NCBI GenBank assembly: GCA_946965045.2 | Contig: OX337231.1 | Location: 3,534,001-3,598,000 of the forward strand | Source: Epithemia pelagica | Lineage: Eukaryota; Protista; Bacillariophyta | Length of the DNA stretch: 64,000 nucleotides | Reading direction: 5' to 3' | Shown: positions 29,550-40,045 of the stretch, one piece after another | How the letters are laid out: each line of letters opens with the position of its first letter | Numbering within the stretch: position 1 is the stretch's first letter | Position numbers and translations under genes: made by a program | The notes under the pieces: model-generated | Databases searched by the model: none | Seen by the model: the letters and a program-made list of their open reading frames with translations, nothing else | What the model was told of the DNA's origin: nothing

Positions 29550-31507
29550 CTATACCTGTGGCTCGTGAACTGTTCGAAACTTTACAGCACAGTACAGTCG
29601 ACTGATATCCCATTCGTCTTGTGATATAGATCCGTAATGGTTCAAAACGTTCATACGATGCAAACTGTGGTGTGCTGTGGCGTGTACCGCTGGATCCTGG
29701 CGGTTCTTGAAAAACTCGTGAAAATTTTGGGCATACTCGAGCTCCAATCCAACTTGCTTGCCGAGAGTCTCCAGCATTGGAAGCGGAACCAGCCACTCGG
29801 GCTGTATTGAATTTACGCCATGGGAGAAGGTGAGAACGGTATCCTTTGGAAATGCGCAAGTGCAGGCGAGCAACCGAAACGTACCAGGTTTACGGCGTCT
29901 CGAACACCTGCCTTGTGATCCGAACCTTCCACCAGAGTGAAAGTGTATTCCAGACAAAACAGATGCTCAAAACTTCCATTGCTGTTGGGCTCACTTTTGA
30001 AAATCGTTGCTACAATTTCAGGCTCGAAACGAATCCGACATGCTCCGCATCCAACCTTGATCTCCAAAGGTTCCCTCACGTTGTTGAGCTTATCGTTGTC
30101 ATGAGAATGAAGATCCGCCCCAAGATTCATCAAATGACCAATAATGACTCTCGCATCAATTGTCGTTGCAATGAGGTTCCCACCCACTTCTAATAATTGA
30201 CTGACAGTGTGGAATAAACGCCGAGCGCGTTCTTGAGTGGATATCATATAGTGGATGGCAAACTGTATGGAAACAACATCAAACATTTCATTTGGATGGA
30301 TCCCCCCTCCCCGCACTTTCTTGAATTTTGGTGTTGCGGATACATGTTCTAGTTCACCTTGCAGTGACCATGTGCAGAGTTTTTGCAAGAGTTTTTCCTT
30401 TGGCGACCGGAAACGCCCTGGAACATCATGGCCTAGATCGGCGCAAGTGAAGGTGCACTGGTTCAGTCCACGGTGTCGCATTCGCCTGGCTCGAATCGCC
30501 GCGTCTTTTAATGATCCGAGTGCAACATCACTTCCCACGTAGTTTTTGACCCCCCTCGAATGCATAATCCATTTTCCCAGGTCACCTCCTTTTCCACAAG
30601 CTAAATCCAATATTCTCAAGGGACCTCTCATTTCCTTCCCGGATCCCTTGGTGTTTGGGTCTAACTCTTGAATTTGTGTTGCCTTGACCCAATTATTAAA
30701 GGCGCGCATATGACACAATTCTGAATCCACCCGAATTTGGACGTTCGATGTGCGATCGCCATAAAAGGCAGCGGCTGCCGCTGCACCGGCATCCGCGTGA
30801 AACCCAGACTCCTCATCTTCTTTGTCTTCTCGTTTCCGCTTGCGGTCTTGGTTTCCACTTGCCTCCTCAGTAATGTCCCAACCACTGCCGCCAGCGCTGA
30901 AGAAAGGTTTGCAACGGCTTGTCGGATCCCCCATTAAAAATTTCTTGACCTCTGATATATTTCCCACAAAACAGGAACAAAAGAAGTCTTCCTTGTTGTA
31001 TTTGTCGGAGCCAATCGGGTCGATTGGTTTGATCAATGCAAATCGATCCAACTTGTCCTTTGCCAAGATCGCCACCATATTATCTTTTCGCAGCCGGTAC
31101 ATAAAATAGGCAAACCATGAAGAGTTTTTTCGATGCTTCTCTTCCAATCTTTTCATATACTCTTGATCACCTCGTCGGACGCTCAAGGTCCTTCGATGGA
31201 GACAGTCCGGAACTCCACCCTCGTCGTCGCCCACCAGTTTGCGTACCACCGACATGGACAAGTCGGCGAAACCCAAAATCGAGAGGTTTCGACTCAATGG
31301 TTCTTTTGCTACATCATTGTAGGAATAGACAAAACTGAGTAGCTTGAGATTGGTGGGTGGCTCTTGTAAGGGAAGAAAAAAGGAGGATGTGGTGGTCAGG
31401 AGCAACTCCTCGGCTTGTCGTAAGGACGCTTCAGGAGAAAATGATTGCGGGGATGAGACATCATGCTTCGCTACAGGATCACCTATCGGATACGAATAAG
31501 GCATCAA
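29550..31507 (-). CDS. RNMT: mRNA cap guanine-N7 methyltransferase; 2 exons, intron 29802-29884
   Basis: MRAFNNWVK, ILDLACGKGGDLGKW and FDVVSIQFAIHY. The splice CTG|GTACGT...TACAG|CCC restores VNLPEWLVP. There is an N-terminal extension of ~200 aa. Confidence 0.93.
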
Positions 31508-31898
31508 TTTATAGTTGCAGCCACGCAGTGTCTTCTTTCACTCTTATTGTGGTGCCTGGTGTTTGTGTTCTGTTGTTTGGTTGAGACATGATGTTGTTGT
31601 GTTGTGGATTTGTGATGTCTCCTGAGTTCAGACGCGCGCATCGGACAAAAGGTCTGGACCGGTCGCCTTTTGAACGCACACGCCGACTTTCTCTCACAGA
31701 GAGGTAGCAAACTCTAGCTAATCTCGTGTTTGAAGCGGGAATCCATGTACGTCTCCTTTGGAGATAACCCAGTACCTTAGAAAGCCCACCATGAAGGAAG
31801 CAAGGATACATGTAAACGTTGTCAAACTATCGTATATTAAAAATTACGCACTTTGATCCACGCACCCCCAATCTGCAATCTGCAATCTGCAATCTCAA

Positions 31899-33365
31899 CT
31901 ATTCGTTGGATGCATTCTCCCCATTCGGCGCGGCATTGTTGTTACCACTCTCGCGGCTGCTGTTGCCACTGGAACTGTTGCTGGTACTGCTGCTGCTACG
32001 AGCGCTCGATCGAGCCAAAAGATCTTTAGCATCCAGACCCTTGGCCATTTGCAGAGTCAATCGCAAAGACCACCACAAGACAATCAAGCGCGCACGATCC
32101 TTACCAATAGCCTTGGTCAGTGCAAACCATTCCGAATTTCGGTACACGGCCTTGGGTGCATGAGTGACCATCAGAAGTACAATGGCGACTTGAACATTGA
32201 TTTGGCTTCTCGTGGCAGCCGATAGACTTTTTGGTGGGGAGGTCTTCTTCTTCTTCTCACTGCTGCTGCTACTTCGCCTCGTCGTCTTTTCTTTGGTGGA
32301 AGTTCGCGGTGGTGCTTGTTCTTGAAGAACTGCGCCTTCTAGTTCGTCGTCACCATCCACTACCAGGACTTGCTCGGCCTTGGTACGCATGTGAATCAGA
32401 ATCCAATCAATAGTTCGACTGTTGCAGTTGCTACCACCGACACAAGGAGGAGTATTGGCAGGGTCCTGGAGGAACCGAATCACTTGTGGAGAAACGTCGT
32501 CCTTCAATTGACGGGTTTCGTACAAAATGTCCACCAACTGGACCAAACGATTCAAGGCCTTGGCCCGTTCTGTACCAGCCACCGTGGCGCCTGCCAAATG
32601 CGACGGAAGGGAATCCGGGTCGTCATTAATGTTGTTGCTGCTGCTATTGCTGTAGTCGTTGTTGCTGCTGCTGTAGTCCTGACTGTTGTTGGCGTTGGTC
32701 TTGCTACTCCTCTTGCTTCTTCGAATTTCAAACAGTGGTGCCGAAATGCCTGGTTCTTCATGGGCTCGCACACGCGAGGCAATAAACCACGACATGGCCC
32801 TGTTCATATACTTCATGACACCGGGACTTTCCATGGTCCTCGCCACTTTACGCGGCACACTGAACATGGCGGTGGACATTTCTTCTCCCATGATAGCACT
32901 GACGACGCGATTCATGTGCTGGAAAAGCAAGACAACCAAGGCTGCTTCGGCCATGGCTTGGCTGGTAAGAGGCGAGGTGGCTCGGGCCGATGCGAGAATA
33001 CCCTTCTTTTGAAGAACGGTGGCATCTTGAACGGTTTCGCCGTAGACCAAGGCTTGCTCGTATTCTTCGTATCGGGTAGCAGCATGTTCGGCGGCAGAAC
33101 CCATCATACTATGTGCTGTGACGCAAACGGGACATTCGTTCTTCTTGCTCACCAGCTGGGCAATGTTCTCCTTGGTGTATCGGCATAGGGCACCGTCCAC
33201 GACCATGAGTTTGGCAACCAAGGCCCACAAGGATCGAAATAAGTCATCGTCCACAACATGAAGGGTGATCGGGTTTTCCTGCCCGCGAGAGAGGATCGAG
33301 CCCAAAGGGAAGTACTTGGCGATGGACTTGCGAGTGGCGGTTTCGATTGGGCTTGGGGCAACCAT
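31899..33365 (-). CDS. AhpD/carboxymuconolactone decarboxylase-like protein
   Basis: TKENIAQLVSKKNECPVCVTAH (AhpD core CxxCxxxH) and LLFQHMNRVV; no intron seen. Confidence 0.75.
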   Translation of the reverse strand: MVAPSPIETATRKSIAKYFPLGSILSRGQENPITLHVVDDDLFRSLWALVAKLMVVDGALCRYTKENIAQLVSKKNECPVCVTAHSMMGSAAEHAATRYEEYEQALVYGETVQDATVLQKKGILASARATSPLTSQAMAEAALVVLLFQHMNRVVSAIMGEEMSTAMFSVPRKVARTMESPGVMKYMNRAMSWFIASRVRAHEEPGISAPLFEIRRSKRSSKTNANNSQDYSSSNNDYSNSSSNNINDDPDSLPSHLAGATVAGTERAKALNRLVQLVDILYETRQLKDDVSPQVIRFLQDPANTPPCVGGSNCNSRTIDWILIHMRTKAEQVLVVDGDDELEGAVLQEQAPPRTSTKEKTTRRSSSSSEKKKKTSPPKSLSAATRSQINVQVAIVLLMVTHAPKAVYRNSEWFALTKAIGKDRARLIVLWWSLRLTLQMAKGLDAKDLLARSSARSSSSTSNSSSGNSSRESGNNNAAPNGENASNE

Positions 33366-33952
33366 GGGTTCAGAGTGCTCTTGATAAACTAGTCAAGCTT
33401 GTGCCTTCGCTCTTCGCTGGTTATAGATTTGTGAGGAGGGAGGATAAAAAAATGAAGAACTCAACCGGCTCGACACCCAAAGATTTGGACCTACAAACAA
33501 TCCAGTGACTATGGCTTATTGATTTCGGCATAAGTCTATGGTCGAATTTATAGGGTAGGCCATTATTAAATAATATTTGTTGGAACGAGCACAACAACCA
33601 ACAACATAGAATTATAATATGAATCTTACTACTTCGAACTTCGAATTTGATACTTCGACTAGAATGACTAATGACATCTCTAGTTCATAGGTAGTAGTTC
33701 TACTACTCCTCGCTCCTCTACCTAATTAGTCTAAGTCTCCAGCATGTTTCGAGCTGCCAGAGGAGAAGGAAAAGCTAGTAGTCTAGCTAGAGTAGGTACT
33801 CCTACAATAGTAGTAGTTGTAGGACTACCCGGTAGTAGGAATAGGAACTACAGCTCTCCAATCTCCAACTAACGCTTGCAGCTAGCAGAAATAGCAGGTT
33901 GGTATTGGTAGGGATATTATTGAATCTTAATTATTATGAGCTTACTCATTGT

Positions 33953-34244
33953 TAGATGTTGGACACGCACCACGGTGCTGCGAATCGGATTTTCAGCACC
34001 GCGGTGATGATCCCTGGAGCCGCAACGAAAGAGACTGGCGGGTCCGATCCGCGCTACTCGCATCTACGCACAGTAACGGCGGGGTGCACCGATTTGGTGC
34101 TTTCTAGGTCTGACCGCCCGTACGTCAAATATGTGCAGGGTACATAATCCCATAGTAGTGCGGAACTGCGTAACACGCTGTTATTTGGACTCGCACGGGC
34201 TAGGATGCGCGGTTAGCCTACCTAGCTCGCGGGTCCAACCTCTA
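33953..34244. mobile_element. hAT-type MITE (292 bp)
   Basis: 12-bp TIR TAGA(T/G)GTTGGAC; 8-bp TSD CTCATTGT (33945-52) / CTTATTGT (34245-52); GC-rich interior within an AT-rich flank. Confidence 0.7.
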
Positions 34245-35416
34245 CTTATTGTGTCAAGAGTAGAGATAATAATCATCTTATTACTATCCTCGTTTTCGAT
34301 ACTCCTATAAGCAATTCGTACATTATAGTCGAACGATTCTATTCGTAGTCTGGTAGGGGGTCATGATAGATTTCGGAATACGAACTCGTATGGTCGCGCC
34401 ACACTTCTTGAAGACCGGGTTCGGTGACGAAGATTGGGTTCGTTGACGAAGGACATAGTTTGTCTCATCTTTTCGGATTGTCCATACTGTTTCGGCTATC
34501 ATCGATGATAAGTTATCGTATGGCGGTGCGAGATAGATCGGGGATGAGGTGAAATTAAGACTACGATACTGCACAGAGATGGCGATTCCCGGATTGGCAT
34601 AGTAAATATAATTGCTGCCCGCATTCCTGGTTCCTGGTCTTCCATCGGGTATCGGGCTTAGTCACCGGTTTGACCTCAATCTACGCGCTCGTACCAACTT
34701 CAAGACCAGTCTGGTAATCTGGATACCTTGATGGAGGAGGGCGATCGATGGAGCCCAGTAATGTCCTCCCTTTTCGACTCTATGAGTTCTCTTTTTATAC
34801 TCTGTTGAAAATGAATTCCCGTAACAGAGGCAATGTCGAATGTTGACGGATGCGTGCAGATTGTGGTGTTTTTGAATTTCGTAGTGAGGACTACCGACCT
34901 ATTGAAAACGACATTATAAAACGGAAGCAATGGCTCGATCTCGGGACGTGATGGGGAGTTGGAAGTGATTTCTTGGAACTAATTGTTCTCTCCATTGTAT
35001 TGGCAATTAAGATTGAACGAAAGATGAAATAAAGGGGTCTTCCCAATATATGTTCATGGAGTCCCCCTTGCTCTCCAAGAAGATATTCCTAGTCGGGAAC
35101 ATGGAGACACCGATACTACATAATATGTTTGATGTATTCAATTCGACTCATATGCGACTCGACATTACATCTTACTGCTAGGGGCACTACCTAGTCGTGC
35201 CGTTGATAGTCTGGTGAGAAGCTGCAGATTCAGAATATGCCCACAAACCATGGCCCTCCTCTCGGCTCTAAAAAGGGTCAGAACCCAATCCACAGTTGGT
35301 AATGTCTGTACATTCCGCTACTCAAATAAAAAATTCTACAAATACAAAAAGGATCAAGGCATGAACCAGTCCAGTCAACCCATTCTTCCCTCCATCACAC
35401 AGTTCTTTCATGCTTT

Positions 35417-36123
35417 TCAGGCCACCGATTGTGCCACCGTCTTGGAGGCCCCTTCTTCCTGAGGAGCCTTGTCGTCGGCCTTTTCTTTCCAGTCTTTGAC
35501 GGCCGCCTTGATGGCATCTTCGGCCAACATACTGCAATGAAGTTTGACGGGGGGCAATTTCAAATGGGCGGCAATGTCGGCATTTTTAATGCTCAACACT
35601 TCATCCACCGTCTTGCCCTTGATCCATTCGGTGGCGACCGAACTACTGGCAATGGCCGACCCACAACCAAAGGTTTTGAATTTGGAATCGACAATGGTCC
35701 GACCGTCCTCGCCGCCCACTTGAATTTGCAATTTCATGACATCGCCACAAGCGGGGGCACCCACAAGACCCTAAATAACACAAATAAACATAGCACAGTC
35801 ATGTGTGCAAAATCACGAATGGAAGCATCAAACATCAACACAGAAAATCAACAAAATGATTGTCAGATATAATCCAATTGTACAAACAAGCTCCAATCCT
35901 GAGTCTCCAATTCCATGAATCGCACGGAAACATCTGCCAGAACACCCTGTAATTTTCAGTTGTCACGTACCGTTCCCACGGAGGCATCGTTCTTGTCCAA
36001 GGATCCCACATTGCGTGGATTTTCATAATGCTCCACAATATTTTCATGGTATTGTCGTGTTGTTTGCGACAAGGCACTTCTTGTCATGCGACGGGAAATG
36101 AGAGTTCTGGAATACGATAACAT
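35417..36123 (-). CDS. ISCU: Mitochondrial Fe-S cluster scaffold ISCU/Isu1; 2 exons, intron 35771-35970
   Basis: MLSYSRTLISRR presequence and YHENIVEHYENPRNVGS. The splice restores VGT|GLVGAPACGDVMKLQI, followed by FKTFGCGSAIASSS and LPPVKLHCSMLAEDAI. Confidence 0.97.
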
Positions 36124-36679
36124 GGTGAGTAGTTTGTTTATTTGTTTGTTGTTGCGTTTGCTGGGTCTGAATCACTTGTTCTCAATCTTCTATCTCGCTC
36201 TCTCTTTCAAGAAATCAATCGACGCCCGCGATGACAATGGACGGTGGATGCGTTCGCGGTTCTCTCTCCGACGGATGTCTTCGAACGACATGAAATCGTG
36301 ACTGGCAATCTTGCCACGTCACTATTTCTTCGTGACGTGGTGTTATCAGCGATTCCATAGCCATTTTATGCGGCCAGGGCAATATTTACGCGCGACAAAA
36401 ACTTTCTTCAGGTTTTTCAGCACGACCAAGACCAGATGCTATGTGGATGTCGAAAACCGAGACAGAAGGTAGCAACGCGAACCTCCTCCATGTCTCTCCA
36501 TTGCCCACTGCATCACCAAGCCCCATGGTGACGCCGTTGTGGTGTTATTGCAAAGCTTTCTGCTCTCGTCCTCAACCTGGAGAAGGATATTATTATTTGC
36601 TCTCGGACCTGTTTGGGAGAGTGACAAGCACTCTCGCCCTTGACGGCTTTGTCCCAAGAAAAACACAACAAACAGCATC

Positions 36680-38377
36680 ATGTCACACAGCACGGATCAA
36701 ATGCGAGCGGCATCCATTCAAGCCAAGTGTTCGGGCTCTCTCTCCATCATGGGATCTCTGTTGATTCTCCATGATATTTGGCGCAAAAAGAAGAAGCAAA
36801 GTGAGCATCATTCCGATCATCATCATCCCACCCATGCTCGACGTGTCGTCTTGTTGCACATTTTGTTGGGCATGTCCCTGTTTGATATTTGTGCCAGTTC
36901 CATGTACATTGTCGGCAGTTGGGCGATACCGGCCGATCAACTCGACGAAGGATCCACCGTCTATAATCCTCGCGGTACTCGCGCCACGTGCCGGGCGCAA
37001 GGCGCCCTCTTTCAAACCTTTGCCTCGGCCATTCCCTTTTACAATCTCAGTTTGGCCATTTATTATTTCCTAACCATTCGTCGCAATTGGAAAGAAGATA
37101 AATTGAAGCGATATGCATGGTGTTTTCATATCGGGCCGGCCGTCTTTGGTCCTACGACCGCCCTTTACGGTTTGCTCGACGACCAATTCAATCCTCTGGA
37201 ATTTTGGTGTTGGTTTGGAGGGACGGAAGAAACCGATTTCTTACAATTTGCACTTTACTATGGTCCCCTGTGGATCATTTTTACCGTCGTTGTCACCTTG
37301 TTTTCCATTCTGTATCGACATGTCCGCAAACAAGAACGGGCCAATCAACGCTATCAATTTGAACGGGCCGTTGCCCTGGAAGCGGCCGAACCAAACACGC
37401 AGTCCTTGTTTTCTCCCTCGGCCGTTTTGACCCGTGTCGTGAGTAGTACGAGGAGACTTGGTCGCACTGTCTTGTCACGGACCTCGTCGTCGGTTCCGAC
37501 GGGCTTGGCCGAACACAATAGCAACCCCAACGAAAACTACAACAACAACTCAAACACTGGAGCAGCTCCTATTCCTACAACGACGCCACTCCCCACTTCT
37601 GCGGCAATGGCACCACCACCACCACGAACTAGAACGACGACATGTCCCGGCAAATTGAGTCGCCCCGTCTTTTGGCAAGGTGTGTGGTTTTCCTGCGCCT
37701 TTGTCTTGACCTTTTTGTTTCCAACCATTGTGCGGGCGCAACAATTGCACAAGTACAGTGTCAAATTTCCCGTCTTGTATTGCATGACATTGCTCTTGCC
37801 GCTGCAAGGATTCATGAATTGCATCGTGTACTTTAAGCATGACTTGGCCTCGTGGATTCGACGGTACCGACGAAACCGCAAGCGGCGGGACGGCCAGGAC
37901 CGTCGTCCTGTGAGTTCGAGCAGTACGGACCATAGTCGACGATCGCCCTTGTTTTATACCTTGACTCCCAGCAGTGGCAGTAGTCCAGTCTTTTCGACCA
38001 GCACCACGACCATGACGGACACTCCTGTGGCTGTGGACGACACGACGACCAGTCAGTCCTCCTTCTTGTCCCCACCGGACCAAGAGGGAAGAAATGGGAC
38101 ACGAGCAGCAGGAGGAGACTTGAGTGTCGTGCTGGAAGAAGATTCCAAATTTGCTTCGTCTCGAGAGGGATCGGTATGGCTGGATTCCATCCGATCCGAT
38201 ACCATGCCCCCATCGTTGGATTCGTCTCGTTTGCATTCACAACAATCACCGCATAGTGACATGCCCTTGTTGCCCGAAGAAGTGGATGATGATGACGACG
38301 ATGAAGAAGAGGGTTTGCCATTCGGTCGGGAAGCCGACGCTGTAACAACGCCTCATGATGATGACAAGGTCAGATGA
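36680..38377 (+). CDS. 7TM GPCR-like protein (cAMP-receptor/Git3-like), paralogue 1
   Basis: Seven hydrophobic segments; SLSIMGSLLI, LGMSLFDI, CRAQG, YNLSLAIYY, WCW and PLQGFMNCIVY; long acidic Ser-rich tail. Confidence 0.85.
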   Translation: MSHSTDQMRAASIQAKCSGSLSIMGSLLILHDIWRKKKKQSEHHSDHHHPTHARRVVLLHILLGMSLFDICASSMYIVGSWAIPADQLDEGSTVYNPRGTRATCRAQGALFQTFASAIPFYNLSLAIYYFLTIRRNWKEDKLKRYAWCFHIGPAVFGPTTALYGLLDDQFNPLEFWCWFGGTEETDFLQFALYYGPLWIIFTVVVTLFSILYRHVRKQERANQRYQFERAVALEAAEPNTQSLFSPSAVLTRVVSSTRRLGRTVLSRTSSSVPTGLAEHNSNPNENYNNNSNTGAAPIPTTTPLPTSAAMAPPPPRTRTTTCPGKLSRPVFWQGVWFSCAFVLTFLFPTIVRAQQLHKYSVKFPVLYCMTLLLPLQGFMNCIVYFKHDLASWIRRYRRNRKRRDGQDRRPVSSSSTDHSRRSPLFYTLTPSSGSSPVFSTSTTTMTDTPVAVDDTTTSQSSFLSPPDQEGRNGTRAAGGDLSVVLEEDSKFASSREGSVWLDSIRSDTMPPSLDSSRLHSQQSPHSDMPLLPEEVDDDDDDEEEGLPFGREADAVTTPHDDDKVR

Positions 38378-40045
38378 CAGTAGTTTCTCAAGAAGGCGTT
38401 TCCCGAATGAAACAAGCTCGACTCTGTCGTTGCTTTCCTTCTTGCCGCAATTGTGATTTGCAGAACTTGTTTGGGGCAGCAGTCGGCCCTTGCTCGCCAA
38501 AGACAAAAGGCATGACGACACTCGAACGCTCTGTGGTGGATGGTCGAAGACGCACGTATATACTCTAGCGTTCCTACAATATACAATCTACCACTCGAGA
38601 GTGTGACGAACGGGTCCAGAGTTTGGAATTCGGTGCCCTGGAAAGGCCATTGGTTTGTTTCAAAGACAGTCTATCGTGGAGTCCAGCAATGACGTTTTGG
38701 ACGAACGGATGGAAGAGGAGTATGGAATGGCGCCCTTGAAAGGCGACCATTGGCATGCTCTGTTCCTCCGATTGCAGAGTCTCAATACAGGAGGTCGAGT
38801 GGCTGTTGGATTGCTCTCGTGCCCTTCTAGTCTCGAACGAGATGTTCTCTCCTTTTGGTTCACCCTAGCAGTGATCGGCTGTGGCGTTGCCGTGCGTTGC
38901 AAGGGTGCCTCCATCCACTTGATTTTCAATGACGCGCAACTACTCATTTTCACTCTAGGCTGATGGCCACGACACGGTGCTGTTTGTGAGGAAATGGTTC
39001 TTTGGCGCAACACTGTGTTCGTTCCACCCTCTGGTGGTGGCAAAAGCCCCACACTCCATGACGAGTTCGTGCAATTCTCGAGTATTGATTGTGAGAGACG
39101 TGGGAACGACTGCGTAACATGTTGTAGGTGTTGCCTTCGATGAACGTTTCGTTGCCACCCATCCATGGTACTATTACTCTAGCGAATGATACATTGGCGC
39201 CACTCCTCTAGAGTAGAGGAGGCACTCTAGCTCTCTAGAGGTAGCTAACTCGTTTGGCTTTTCCACGATCTCATTGAACCGTGTACTCCCAAGCAGGAAC
39301 GCGTCACTTGTAGATCGGGATTCAGTGGCCTGAGTTGCAGCGAGAACCTCAACGCGACTAGAAAACGATGGGGAGACCAACAGACGGCGTGGGCAGGGTT
39401 CGTCTTTGTCCAGTTAATCCAGCTACCATGTCACAGTCGCATCGCTTGTTGCCTTTCCCTGTTTTTCTCCGAGCAATAGCAGCAATACCTGCATCCTGCA
39501 TGTTGTGCGCGCAGGGCGATTTGATTTTGTGCGAATACCGCATCAGAAAGGAAGTTTTTACTGTGGAATAATGTATGGACCCAATCTTGTTAAATATAAG
39601 ATCCTCATTTCACCTCAAAACGACTCACCATTTACAAGACTCTCCCATTTACCGATTTTTCAACGAATTTGTAAGCGGTTTGTTCCTTTGAATAAACCTG
39701 TTCCTTGAGAATTTTACGGAACTTACCGCTGAAAGTTTCATTGAAAAAATAAAAGAGGAGACCGCCATGAGAGCGGCCCATTGCTGTTCCGCTACCGTAG
39801 TTGGCTCATGTTGCTGTTGAGTGTCGTGCCTGTCTCCTTTTAGTAAGCTTGAACGGAGCAGTCCAACGTTCAAGAGAGTGCGTATCCTACAACAAAAGCA
39901 CCGCCAAGTTCGAATTGATTGCCTCTGTGTATGTTGTGCGAGAGGTGTATCAAGAAGAACACCACTAAACAACAATTTTGGGTCCTGGACTTGATCCTTT
40001 TCAGTTGGTGATTGGAAAAGGGCTGGATCGATCTCGCTAGCTACA

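Noticed and set aside
38500-39720. Several 60-170 aa ORFs between the GPCR genes
   Set aside because: No recognisable motif, TIR or TSD. They may be decayed sequence, but no call can be supported.
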